Below are positions 20,171 through 28,405 of a stretch of DNA of 35,580 nt, one piece after another. A model generated the notes under the pieces. That model was not told where the DNA came from. It worked only from the letters and a program-made list of their open reading frames with translations, and did no database searches. This DNA is from a virus (taxonomy: Duplodnaviria; Heunggongvirae; Uroviricota; Caudoviricetes), in IMG/VR virus record IMGVR_UViG_3300032167_007519. The stretch is one strand, 5' to 3'. Position 1 is the first letter of the stretch; every line of letters begins with the position of its first letter. The translations under genes and the position numbers were made by a program.

Positions 20171-20554
20171 TTATTTCTTTTTCTTGCAAACTGCTAATGG
20201 TTTATTTTTATTGTTTAACTTTAAAGGATTCTTTTTTCTGTTTAATCGTAAAGATGCTGGACTAATTCGATAACGTTTTGGTGGATTCATAAAGTTATCT
20301 TTCCACATCTCTGGCAAAATCTTTTCTAAAGGAAGTCCATAAATTGGTACAAACCCAATTGCAATTGGAATAATCGCCGGAATAGCACTGAGATAAATAC
20401 GTGCTTCTATTGATTGGTCTTTTAATAAAGAAATAGAAATACAAATCAATGCTCCTGCGACTACAACAGAAATTAACTGTCTGGACGTTAAGCCCCAGAA
20501 AAGTTTTGGCTTATAAGATTTTATATTTTTGGGTATATATCTACTTACCGCCAT
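20171..20554 (-). CDS. prgI: PrgI-family (VirB3-like) protein
   Basis: IPKNIKSYKPKLFWGLTSRQL N-terminus, two TMs, YGLPLEK, basic tail; directly upstream of virB4. Confidence 0.88.
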   Translation of the reverse strand: MAVSRYIPKNIKSYKPKLFWGLTSRQLISVVVAGALICISISLLKDQSIEARIYLSAIPAIIPIAIGFVPIYGLPLEKILPEMWKDNFMNPPKRYRISPASLRLNRKKNPLKLNNKNKPLAVCKKKK

Positions 20555-20582
20555 AACTTGTAAATTCCTTTCTTATAGGAGG

Positions 20583-21662
20583 TTAAACACCTACTATATC
20601 ATTACAAATTTGTCCTGATTTAAATAAAACAACAATGGCACCAAGACCTAGACCAGCTAATGGAATAATGTTGCCGAGAACAGTTGTTAGAGCTACAACA
20701 AGAGCATCATCACCTGACCCGGTAATTTCAATTAAGGCATTTCGTTCTTCCTCTATAAAAGTGTCTACGCCTTCAATGATGTTTCGGATTTGACTTTCAT
20801 AAACTTCTGGTGCGATATCCTCATAATGACCTTCTTCATAAGCCATTCCATCTCCAACAGTATCTGTATTTCCTCTGATATTTGTTTGGATGCAGGCAAT
20901 AGATGCCGCTGTATAAATTGTTGCAATCGCTGCAAACATTCCGCCTTGGAGAGATACTGCTAAAAATTTCTTTAAATAACGAACAGCACCTTGCTTAAAA
21001 CTGGAATCTGCAGAGATACCAATCGCAATTCCAACTCCGACTGCTCGAACAGCCGCTTCAATCATTCTGGAAAAATTGGCGATATAGGCACAAAGTCGTA
21101 TGATAAGACCTAATACGGCAGCTAATACCATAATGACAAAACTACCAATGAGTAATCCAAAAATGGCACCAAAACTCATATCTCCTGTAAGGGATACTTC
21201 AACGGCGGCTGCCATACTTCCGTCTCCAGTAACATTTTTTATTTGAGCGGCAAGTAAAAATCCAAAGCTCCATAAAGCCGCAATTAAGGTCCTTGCATTG
21301 ATGAGTAACGCCACGGTTCCGAAATATTGTAAAAATGGCTTGATAAAGGTCTCTAATGACATCTTTTCTTGCATGTAGGTATCAACCATGCCGATAATCA
21401 TAAAAATAAGAGCAAAACAAACACCAAAACTGCTTCCTACTTCAATTAACGGGTCTATGGCACCGTCAACTACTTTAAACTCGTTTCCAACTAATTCGAG
21501 CTTTGGCATAATGCCATAATCATCAGAAAAGGCGGTAGAAAAATCGGATAGCTTGAAATATAATTCAAAACATGAGTTTAATGCTTTTTGGGCGGCATCT
21601 CTTAACGCATCTGCAATGCCGTCTAAGACACCACCAAGAATAACTGGCTGGAAGAAACTCAT
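20583..21662 (-). CDS. VirB6-like polytopic membrane protein
   Basis: About 6-7 TMs; SRMIEAAVRAVGVGIAIG...YLKKFLAVSLQG matches the Firmicute VirB6-like signature region; upstream of prgI. Confidence 0.8.
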   Translation of the reverse strand: MSFFQPVILGGVLDGIADALRDAAQKALNSCFELYFKLSDFSTAFSDDYGIMPKLELVGNEFKVVDGAIDPLIEVGSSFGVCFALIFMIIGMVDTYMQEKMSLETFIKPFLQYFGTVALLINARTLIAALWSFGFLLAAQIKNVTGDGSMAAAVEVSLTGDMSFGAIFGLLIGSFVIMVLAAVLGLIIRLCAYIANFSRMIEAAVRAVGVGIAIGISADSSFKQGAVRYLKKFLAVSLQGGMFAAIATIYTAASIACIQTNIRGNTDTVGDGMAYEEGHYEDIAPEVYESQIRNIIEGVDTFIEEERNALIEITGSGDDALVVALTTVLGNIIPLAGLGLGAIVVLFKSGQICNDIVGV

Positions 21663-21705
21663 AATTACCTCCTACTTCTTTGTTTGTGATTACATAATGA
21701 GAAAT

Positions 21706-21727
21706 AGGGAGGAGTTTCCCCCTCCCC
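21706..21727 (-). terminator. GC-rich hairpin after the VirB2-like gene (weak terminator or mRNA stabiliser)
   Basis: GGGGAGGGG-GAAA-CTCCTCCCT; 9-bp stem with G-U pairs and GNRA loop on the - strand; only a weak U-tract (ATTTCTC). Confidence 0.6.
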
Positions 21728-21735
21728 TTATAGGC

Positions 21736-22179
21736 TTAGTCACCAATAGATTCGTTGTAAGTATCCCAGCTCTCACCCGGATACATCTGTTCAAATGCAA
21801 TTCTGCTAATGGTATTTCCAAGTAATGCACGGATTAAGATAAGACCTACACCAACAGCTAAAATAAGTAATGGACCTGTAATAGACTGTTCGTTAAATCT
21901 ATTGATAAATAACAGAATGATACCGACAATTACTAAAATAACACCTACTACTACGATGATAGGGAAGATGATATTTAATACAGCTTCGGTAGTCTTCCAT
22001 AATGCATAACCTGTTTCAGCTCCAGTAGAACCTGCAAATGCTGCTACACCAATACCGCTGGTAAGAAGAGATAACATATATACAAAGCTAATCATCTTCT
22101 TGTTTTTCATGACAACGTCGGATGCTTGGAGCATTACTGCGTTTAAACGCATAAATAACTGATTCATAAAATTTTTCAT
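21736..22179 (-). CDS. VirB2-like/Maff2-like small membrane protein (putative T4SS pilin)
   Basis: Long leader ending AAFA, then two hydrophobic helices separated by a short charged loop (NRFNEQS); first gene of the T4SS cluster. Confidence 0.65.
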   Translation of the reverse strand: MKNFMNQLFMRLNAVMLQASDVVMKNKKMISFVYMLSLLTSGIGVAAFAGSTGAETGYALWKTTEAVLNIIFPIIVVVGVILVIVGIILLFINRFNEQSITGPLLILAVGVGLILIRALLGNTISRIAFEQMYPGESWDTYNESIGD

Positions 22180-22384
22180 GGCTTTGAGTTTTCCTTTCTT
22201 TAATAAAAAAAAAATGATAGTTTGTTCCTGTAGAATAGGAAGAAATTCTCTATATCACTTTCTCGATTGATAAAAATTCATTATTCTTTTTTTATTTTTG
22301 GGGTGGATTTTGAAATATACGGAATGCTCTTTGGCTATTAGAGAAAAATACAACAGAATTTAAAAGGAAATTCTAATTGTGGAG

Positions 22385-22434
22385 AATAGAGAATGGAGAA
22401 CAAGAGAGGCTTTCTCTTGTCTCCAGCTCCTATT
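22385..22434. other. Long hairpin in the leader upstream of the T4SS cluster
   Basis: TGGAGA(A)CAAGAGA-ggctt-TCTCTTGTCTCCA with outer AATAG/CTATT pairing; second hairpin AGAATTT/AAATTCT at 22355-22374. Confidence 0.65.
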
Positions 22435-22489
22435 TGTCTACAGATTGCGCTTTTTGCGCTTTATTTTGTAAAAGGATATTAAATCCTGT

Positions 22490-23059
22490 TTACTCACCAA
22501 ATGGCTTGTATGGACCTAAATGGTCATCCATAAAATCTTCTAAGGTAGATTCGGCTTCTACAGCAGGGTCAGATAATGTCTGGCGAGCTTCGATTTCTTC
22601 AGTAATGTCTTTACCATGAGATACAACAGCGCATTTATCCTGACTATCTCTCTTACGATTCTGTGCTACAGTTACACTGACAGATTCTCTCTGTGCCGCA
22701 CTATGATATTCGTTTAGAGTTTCGTTGATAGCATCTCTGAATCCCTGAATACAGGTATCAAAATCTTTTGCGCCTTCTTCACCAAGTAATAATCTTGTCC
22801 AAATGATTAGCTCAGCTTCTTGTCTGAGTAACTCTCTTCTTCCGTCAATACCTCCACAATTTCGGAAGGATGGAAGCTTATCTGTGTAGTCCATTGCCTC
22901 TTTGATTTCAGGGGCAAAAAATTCGGAGACTTGCTGTAATAATACTTGCTGTTCATCAATACTGGAACAATATTCATTCCAATAACGAACTCTGTCTGCA
23001 AGAATGCGTAAATTCTCTTCGTTACGTTCTCCGGTTAATCCGCTACGTTTCATCGCCAT
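22490..23059 (-). CDS. Hypothetical helical protein upstream of the T4SS leader
   Basis: 189-aa ORF with GAAAGGAG RBS. Confidence 0.75.
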   Translation of the reverse strand: MAMKRSGLTGERNEENLRILADRVRYWNEYCSSIDEQQVLLQQVSEFFAPEIKEAMDYTDKLPSFRNCGGIDGRRELLRQEAELIIWTRLLLGEEGAKDFDTCIQGFRDAINETLNEYHSAAQRESVSVTVAQNRKRDSQDKCAVVSHGKDITEEIEARQTLSDPAVEAESTLEDFMDDHLGPYKPFGE

Positions 23060-23118
23060 TTCTTGGTACTCCTTTCTTGTTCTTACCTTTTGTCTTTGTT
23101 ATAACTTTAAACCCTTGT

Positions 23119-23907
23119 TTACCGACGAAAGTCTGTATTTGACTTTTTGGGATGCTCGGCAGCAATGGCATAAGCTTCTTTCGAAAGGTCTGCATATTCT
23201 GATACCGTAAGAAAATCGACATCTCGAATAATCACCATAGTGTTTCCGTCTCGAACACTAACCGTATGTATTAGGTTGGAATCTTCTCCATCCCAATAAA
23301 TTGGAAATTCATAAAGATAATTGTCATCTTTTACTGTAATCGAAATTTTAGCAGGCATTTCAACATCTATGTATTCTCCCGGATGTTCCATTACCTTCAC
23401 TGTCTTCATCCCAAAACGAATGTCGTTAATTACATCTGTTTTTGGATAATCTTCTTTGGAAAGGTAAGGTTCGTCTGTATAAATAGGTGTTGCAAATCCA
23501 AATAATGTTTCTGGTAAAGTAGTTAATAAAGCCTGACTTTCCGGACAACATTCCTGAATAACTTCTAAGAGCCCTTGAGATTGAATCTGCATACATGGAA
23601 TTTCTGCAGCGGTTCTCTTTCTCATTTCTGGAGCACATAATGCGAATATTTTAGAAGATAGCTCTGCTTGTGTTAAAGATTCTAATATTTGTAATAGACG
23701 TTCGGATATATAAGGTTTTGCAGCCTTTGAAAATAAACTGTCCGTCTCTCCTAAATACGGCTCACAATAGTACGACAAATCTGCAAAAAATTCCTGATAG
23801 GTTTTTCGATACCCTAAATCACAAAAGTCGCTATACAGTATCTTTAACAGGTCTTTTGTAAATACAGTATTTGTATAGTAAGGTTTTTTGAAAATAAAAT
23901 TATTCAT
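23119..23907 (-). CDS. Hypothetical protein
   Basis: 262-aa ORF; no RBS at normal spacing, so the start is uncertain (possibly leaderless). Confidence 0.65.
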   Translation of the reverse strand: MNNFIFKKPYYTNTVFTKDLLKILYSDFCDLGYRKTYQEFFADLSYYCEPYLGETDSLFSKAAKPYISERLLQILESLTQAELSSKIFALCAPEMRKRTAAEIPCMQIQSQGLLEVIQECCPESQALLTTLPETLFGFATPIYTDEPYLSKEDYPKTDVINDIRFGMKTVKVMEHPGEYIDVEMPAKISITVKDDNYLYEFPIYWDGEDSNLIHTVSVRDGNTMVIIRDVDFLTVSEYADLSKEAYAIAAEHPKKSNTDFRR

Positions 23908-23910
23908 ACT

Positions 23911-23940
23911 TATTAGCCAAAAAGTGGTTTAACTTATCGG
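23911..23940 (-). promoter_or_regulatory. Conserved upstream motif copy B (CCGA-TAAG-TTAAACCA-CTTTT-TGGCTAATA)
   Basis: Ends 3 nt before the ATG at 23907. Confidence 0.65.
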
Positions 23941-24027
23941 ACGACCTCCTTTCTATTTTCCATAATATTTCAAAAATAATTAAAAATCGCTGGTATGTTA
24001 TGGAAATTTATTTTTATAAAAAACAGG

Positions 24028-24057
24028 ACTAAACCTTAAACCAAAACTTAGCTAATG
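24028..24057 (+). promoter_or_regulatory. Conserved upstream motif copy D (ACTA-AACC-TTAAACCA-AAACT-TAGCTAATG)
   Basis: Divergent from copy B, about 50 nt upstream of the SNF2 start; CCGA box degenerate; TATGAT follows at 24058-24063. Confidence 0.55.
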
Positions 24058-24105
24058 TATGATAAGTATTTTCAAAAAAAAGCTAGAAAGGATGGTTTAG
24101 TTATT

Positions 24106-26184
24106 ATGACTATAGGACCAACATATCGAATTTTAGTGGAACCTTATATGACGAAAAAAGGAACTCCTAAATTCGATTTCATGACAAAAGTAAATCACGA
24201 CATTCCTATGCCAAATCGTGCAATGACTGGTACCGTATTACAACTGTCTAACGCTATGGTTAAAATGAAACTCACTTCTGCAGATGGAAAAGAATGGACT
24301 GGATGGGTATTAAAAAAAGCTATCTTAAAAGAAGTGAATTTAACAGAAAATATTGAAGAAACGATTGAGGTTTCTATTCGAAAAGGAAAAACTTTTGTCC
24401 CTTTCGGGAATCAATTAGCTATTCGTGAACGGATTGCTTTTTTGATGAAACAATTTGGTCATAAAGAGATTGATACCGATGGTGTTTATTTTAGTGATGT
24501 CGACTTTGAAGACATTTGTAAAGAATTAAAAGAATTACAAATTCCTTATATAGAAAATGCTAACCATTATTTTGATTATTATTTGGTTCCGGAAGAACAA
24601 ACACTTCCTGTTGATTTGCCAGATATTTCTTCTATGACGAAAAGCAATTTATATCCTTATCAGAAAGAAGGAGTCCTTTATGGATTACAACATAAACATT
24701 TTTTACTGGGAGATGAAATGGGCCTTGGTAAAACATTACAGGCTATCTTAATTGCTCTCGGTAAAAAACAACAATTCGGATTTAAACATTGTTTGATTGT
24801 TTGTGGTGTAAACTCAGTAAAATATAACTGGGTATCGGAAATAAGAAAACATACCGAAGAGTCCGGTGTCGTACTTGCAGATGGTAATGCAGAAAAACTG
24901 AAACAATTAAATTTATTAGGAAGAAGAATTGTTCCGGATACAGAACTTGCTACTCTCTCTGCTTCCGAACGCAAAAAAGCAATGAAAGCAAATGAAATAA
25001 ATCAAGCTCATTTCTTAGTAGTAAATATTGAGTCTTTCCGTAATGACGCTTTCTCTACTAAAATTAAAGAATTGTGTCAGTCTGGTATGATTGGCGGAAT
25101 TATCTTTGACGAACTACATAAGTGTATTAACGTAGAAAGTAAACAATCTGTAGGTATCTTAAAAGCAAAAGCTCATTTTAAAGTAGGACTTACCGGAACA
25201 CCTCTTATCAATAAACCAATTGACTCCTATTTTACTTTCTTTTGGCTGGAAAAAACAAATAAAAATTATTGGCAGTGGGTAAATATATTCCAAAGAAAAG
25301 TTGACCAGTATACGACGGAACTTAGAAATTCTACTTTATTACAAAAGAATTTTGAACGGATTATGCTTCGTCGCAAAAAAGCAGATGTATTAGACCTTCC
25401 GGATAAAATCTATACTGAAGAATTAGTGGAAATGAATGATAGTCAGAAACGTCTCTATGAATTATTATATGATGATTTATTAGAAGGTTGTCCATTAAAC
25501 CCAGTGGTAAAATTACTTCGCTTTCGACAAATTACCGGAATTCCGGATTATGTTGCTTCTGTTATGGGACAACCAGAACTTATTAACTCAAGCCGTTCCG
25601 CAAAGTTAGAACGTTTGGCTGAACATATTGAAGAAATTGTTAACTCTGGACAAAAAGTAGTTGTCTTCTCTAATTGGACCGAAGTTTTAGACAGATTACC
25701 TGACTATGGCATTACAAACGCTCTTCGAATTGACCGTTCGGTTTCGGTAAAACGACGTCATGAAATTGAAGAGCTTTGGCAGTCTGAACCAGAAGGAGGT
25801 CCGATAGAACATCCTGTCATCGTTGGAACGATTGAAGCTATGGGTACAGGTCTTAATTTAAATTCTGCTACAAATGTCATCTTTATTGATGAACCTTGGA
25901 CTAATGCAAAAAAAGAACAGGCTGTCGATAGATGTCATCGTGTTGGTACAAAAGATACAGTCAATGTAATTACTCTTATGTGTCATGGCACAAAAGATGA
26001 ACAGGTACATGATGTAGTCCTTGGTAAGAAAAATATGTCAGACCTTTTAGTTGATTGTGGCGGAATCGAAACATTAACTGATGAAGAAATAGAAGAACAA
26101 ATTCTGTTAGAAGAACTTCTTGCTATGCCGGAAGAAGAATTAGAAGTTGCCAACTTGTCAACAGATGTTTATCAACAACGGTAA
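24106..26184 (+). CDS. SNF2-family (SF2) helicase/translocase
   Basis: LYPYQKEG, LLGDEMGLGKT, DELH, LTGTPLIN, MLRRKK, KVVVFS, GTGLNL, QAVDRCHRVG. Start moved to ATG 24106, which follows AGAAAGGATGG. Confidence 0.92.
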   Translation: MTIGPTYRILVEPYMTKKGTPKFDFMTKVNHDIPMPNRAMTGTVLQLSNAMVKMKLTSADGKEWTGWVLKKAILKEVNLTENIEETIEVSIRKGKTFVPFGNQLAIRERIAFLMKQFGHKEIDTDGVYFSDVDFEDICKELKELQIPYIENANHYFDYYLVPEEQTLPVDLPDISSMTKSNLYPYQKEGVLYGLQHKHFLLGDEMGLGKTLQAILIALGKKQQFGFKHCLIVCGVNSVKYNWVSEIRKHTEESGVVLADGNAEKLKQLNLLGRRIVPDTELATLSASERKKAMKANEINQAHFLVVNIESFRNDAFSTKIKELCQSGMIGGIIFDELHKCINVESKQSVGILKAKAHFKVGLTGTPLINKPIDSYFTFFWLEKTNKNYWQWVNIFQRKVDQYTTELRNSTLLQKNFERIMLRRKKADVLDLPDKIYTEELVEMNDSQKRLYELLYDDLLEGCPLNPVVKLLRFRQITGIPDYVASVMGQPELINSSRSAKLERLAEHIEEIVNSGQKVVVFSNWTEVLDRLPDYGITNALRIDRSVSVKRRHEIEELWQSEPEGGPIEHPVIVGTIEAMGTGLNLNSATNVIFIDEPWTNAKKEQAVDRCHRVGTKDTVNVITLMCHGTKDEQVHDVVLGKKNMSDLLVDCGGIETLTDEEIEEQILLEELLAMPEEELEVANLSTDVYQQR

Positions 26185-26236
26185 GAAAATTGTTATAAGA
26201 TGTTTGAAGACTGTTGAAACTATTACTGCCACCTTT

Positions 26237-26268
26237 GGAAGACTTCACAAATGGTTGTGAACTTTTCC
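26237..26268 (+). terminator. Hairpin downstream of the SNF2 gene
   Basis: GGAA-gac-TTCACAA-atgg-TTGTGAA-ctt-TTCC; poor U-tract. Confidence 0.4.
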
Positions 26269-26291
26269 ATTGGTTGCAGATTTGCAAAAGG

Positions 26292-26320
26292 TTGGCGATT
26301 TTGGTATTAGTTGTTATAAT
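26292..26320 (+). promoter_or_regulatory. Sigma-A-type promoter
   Basis: TTGGCG-17 nt-TATAAT with extended -10 TGn. Confidence 0.75.
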
Positions 26321-26389
26321 ACCTAAAATTCTTTTTTTACTATTTCAATTTATTTTAAAATTCTGTATTTTCAAATGAGGAAAAAGACT

Positions 26390-26614
26390 ATGACAAACTA
26401 TCAACATCTATTTCATATTGGTCAAAAAGTATATTATAAGAATGATGATTTTGATGCGATTCAAGAATATATCCCTTGTGTCGTAAAAGAGATTTTTGAT
26501 GACCATATGATACTTACAGATTTAGAAACTGAGACTGATTTATTCATACAAGAGGGCTTTAATCTAGGTAATGTTTACCCAGAATATAATCTTTCTCCTA
26601 CGTTTTCTCGTTAA
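26390..26614 (+). CDS. Small hypothetical protein (74 aa)
   Basis: ATG 26390 follows GAGG; has its own promoter and terminator; beta-rich SH3-like pattern (FHIGQKVYY...CVVKEI). Confidence 0.7.
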   Translation: MTNYQHLFHIGQKVYYKNDDFDAIQEYIPCVVKEIFDDHMILTDLETETDLFIQEGFNLGNVYPEYNLSPTFSR

Positions 26615-26638
26615 ACTTATTATTGTATTCGTAATAAA

Positions 26639-26682
26639 AAAGGGATAGCGCCTTTTGTCTGGGCACTGTCCCTTTCTTTTTG
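26639..26682. terminator. Bidirectional intrinsic terminator between convergent genes
   Basis: AAAGGGATAGCGCC/GGCACTGTCCCTTT stem, A-run before and T-run after. Confidence 0.75.
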
Positions 26683-26746
26683 TTTCATCTTCTCTTATTT
26701 TATTGGCATCGTTGGCAATGGAATTCTGAAGACTTCTCTTATTTTC

Positions 26747-26762
26747 TTGCCAACGTTGACAA
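26747..26762. repeat. Palindrome TTGCCAACGTTGACAA (15/16 to consensus)
   Basis: Near copy of the perfect palindrome at 34069-34084; further copy at 26702-26719. Confidence 0.6.
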
Positions 26763-26773
26763 GGAAAATACAA

Positions 26774-26998
26774 TTATCGAGATAAATATGGTTGAGTAGG
26801 AAGTTCTTCCGACTTTCCATAATATCTTAAAAACGCTTTTTGTTTATTCGCTTCAGATTCGTTCTTTTGAAACGCTAATGCCTGTTGACGAAGCTCTTCT
26901 CTTTTCTCTGGAGACTCCATAACTTCATTAAAGTGCTCCATCATCATATTATGGTCTGTCAACGTAACCACCAACCAGAGCGAATCTTTTTGTTCCAT
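26774..26998 (-). CDS. Small hypothetical protein
   Basis: Last gene of the - strand operon; 40-nt overlap with the upstream ORF, so the real start may be the later MMM. Confidence 0.5.
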   Translation of the reverse strand: MEQKDSLWLVVTLTDHNMMMEHFNEVMESPEKREELRQQALAFQKNESEANKQKAFLRYYGKSEELPTQPYLSR

Positions 26999-27405
26999 TC
27001 TTCTGCTTCGACCTTAAAAGATTCAAAGTTTTCTGCTTCTTTTTCAGGAGTGATAGAACCATCGTTATCATAACTATCTACAAAATCATAAGGGGTTAGC
27101 AATCTAAGCTCTCCACCAAGTTCAATTCGCAGGTCATTCATAATAATCGGGTCTCCAGTTACTTTACACATTTCATCTAAGAAATCCATGTTGGATTCTA
27201 AATCTGGAAGATTTAAAGAACGAATATAATTCGCCATATTTTTAATTGTTTCCGGATATTTTGCTCCCATATTAGAACCAGAGCTTGCCATAGTCATAGA
27301 AATATGATGTCTAATATCTTCTGGAGTATACATTTCATATAACTTGCTGTTACCATGGCGGTTTTTTACTTCTTCTACTCCAAAAGCTTCATATAACTTA
27401 CTCAT
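26959..27405 (-). CDS. Hypothetical protein
   Basis: 148-aa ORF with ATGA overlap to the HD gene. Confidence 0.7.
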   Translation of the reverse strand: MSKLYEAFGVEEVKNRHGNSKLYEMYTPEDIRHHISMTMASSGSNMGAKYPETIKNMANYIRSLNLPDLESNMDFLDEMCKVTGDPIIMNDLRIELGGELRLLTPYDFVDSYDNDGSITPEKEAENFESFKVEAEEWNKKIRSGWWLR

Positions 27406-28007
27406 AGAGTGTCCTCACTTTCTGTGTGTGTTGGGTTTTCACTTTCATTATAATGAATTGCTTTATGTTTTGCAATAGCATTGATGAAATCTGGAGAGAT
27501 TCCAATCGAAAACATTTCAGCAATTGCAATATTTGGTGGTTGAGCTACTCGATATGGACGGTCACTGGTAATAGCATCGTAAATATCACAAGCTCTTAAT
27601 TGTTGAACATACTCAATAGGACAAGATGGTTCGTGATGGAAATTGACACAATTGATAATTGTTTCATTATATCCAGATAAAATCTCTACTCCTAATAAGG
27701 TATGTATGTTTACAATTTGTTTTTCAATATCAGTTAATGACCTTGGACATAATGTCAGGTCAAATGGAGTGGAAGATTTTCCAATATCATGTAATAAACT
27801 ACCTCGAAGAACATCATCCGGAGCTGCAAATACTTCTTCCATTAACGTGGCTACTCGTAAAGAATGAAGATATGCTTCCGGCTCTTTTAATCGAAGTAAA
27901 TTTAAAAGGACATGAATATCTTTTTCTCCATAAAGTTGTAATACTCGTTTTGATAAGTAAAAGGTTTGGTCGGGGGATGAGGGAATGAATTGAGTTTCTT
28001 GGTCCAT
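27402..28007 (-). CDS. HD-GYP-family phosphohydrolase lacking the GYP loop
   Basis: YLHSLRVA, LLHDIGK, HTLLG, HHE, DIYDAITSDRPY; start moved to ATG 28007 after GAGAGGA. Confidence 0.85.
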   Translation of the reverse strand: MDQETQFIPSSPDQTFYLSKRVLQLYGEKDIHVLLNLLRLKEPEAYLHSLRVATLMEEVFAAPDDVLRGSLLHDIGKSSTPFDLTLCPRSLTDIEKQIVNIHTLLGVEILSGYNETIINCVNFHHEPSCPIEYVQQLRACDIYDAITSDRPYRVAQPPNIAIAEMFSIGISPDFINAIAKHKAIHYNESENPTHTESEDTL

Positions 28008-28047
28008 ACAAACAATTCCTCTCTCTCTACTGCTTACAAAAGATTTG

Positions 28048-28365
28048 TTATCGTGCAACACTATAACTCTTTTGCATTTGTAATTGATTCCGTAAAGTAC
28101 TAATAATTCTTGCTACACATTGATTGTCTATAACAAACGGATGTGGAGCTTTTCCATTACGGATTGCTGTAGAAATTTCTCCTTCATTCGAAACCGTTAC
28201 TAAAATAACACTGTCTGTTTCAAAATTTTGTGACTGTATTAAATGGTCTCTCAGGCCTTGGGATAAGTCTTTTGTCGGGTAAGAACAAACAGCCATAGCG
28301 CCTTCTTCTGGGAGTTCTTCTATATAGAGGAAAGTAATTTTGTCTGTATCTAATACTTCTCTCAT
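28048..28365 (-). CDS. Hypothetical protein
   Basis: 105-aa ORF with GAGG RBS. Confidence 0.7.
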   Translation of the reverse strand: MREVLDTDKITFLYIEELPEEGAMAVCSYPTKDLSQGLRDHLIQSQNFETDSVILVTVSNEGEISTAIRNGKAPHPFVIDNQCVARIISTLRNQLQMQKSYSVAR

Positions 28366-28405
28366 GGAAATATCCTCGTGTTTGTAAATACCAGTTCTTT
28401 GTAGA

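Noticed and set aside
22300-22311. GGGGTGGATTTT shared with the virD4 terminator arm (6931-6942)
   Set aside because: Opposite orientation, no pairing partner at 22300 and only two copies; probably chance.
22377-22619. + strand 80-aa ORF spanning the leader hairpin
   Set aside because: It overlaps 22490..23059 antisense and its sequence simply reflects the inverted repeat.
26244-26261. Rex operator-like TTCACAA-N4-TTGTGAA
   Set aside because: The Rex box is TTGTGAA-N4-TTCACAA; here the half-sites are swapped, so it is better explained as a hairpin.
26564-26773. - strand 69-aa ORF
   Set aside because: It runs through the bidirectional terminator and palindromes; no RBS.
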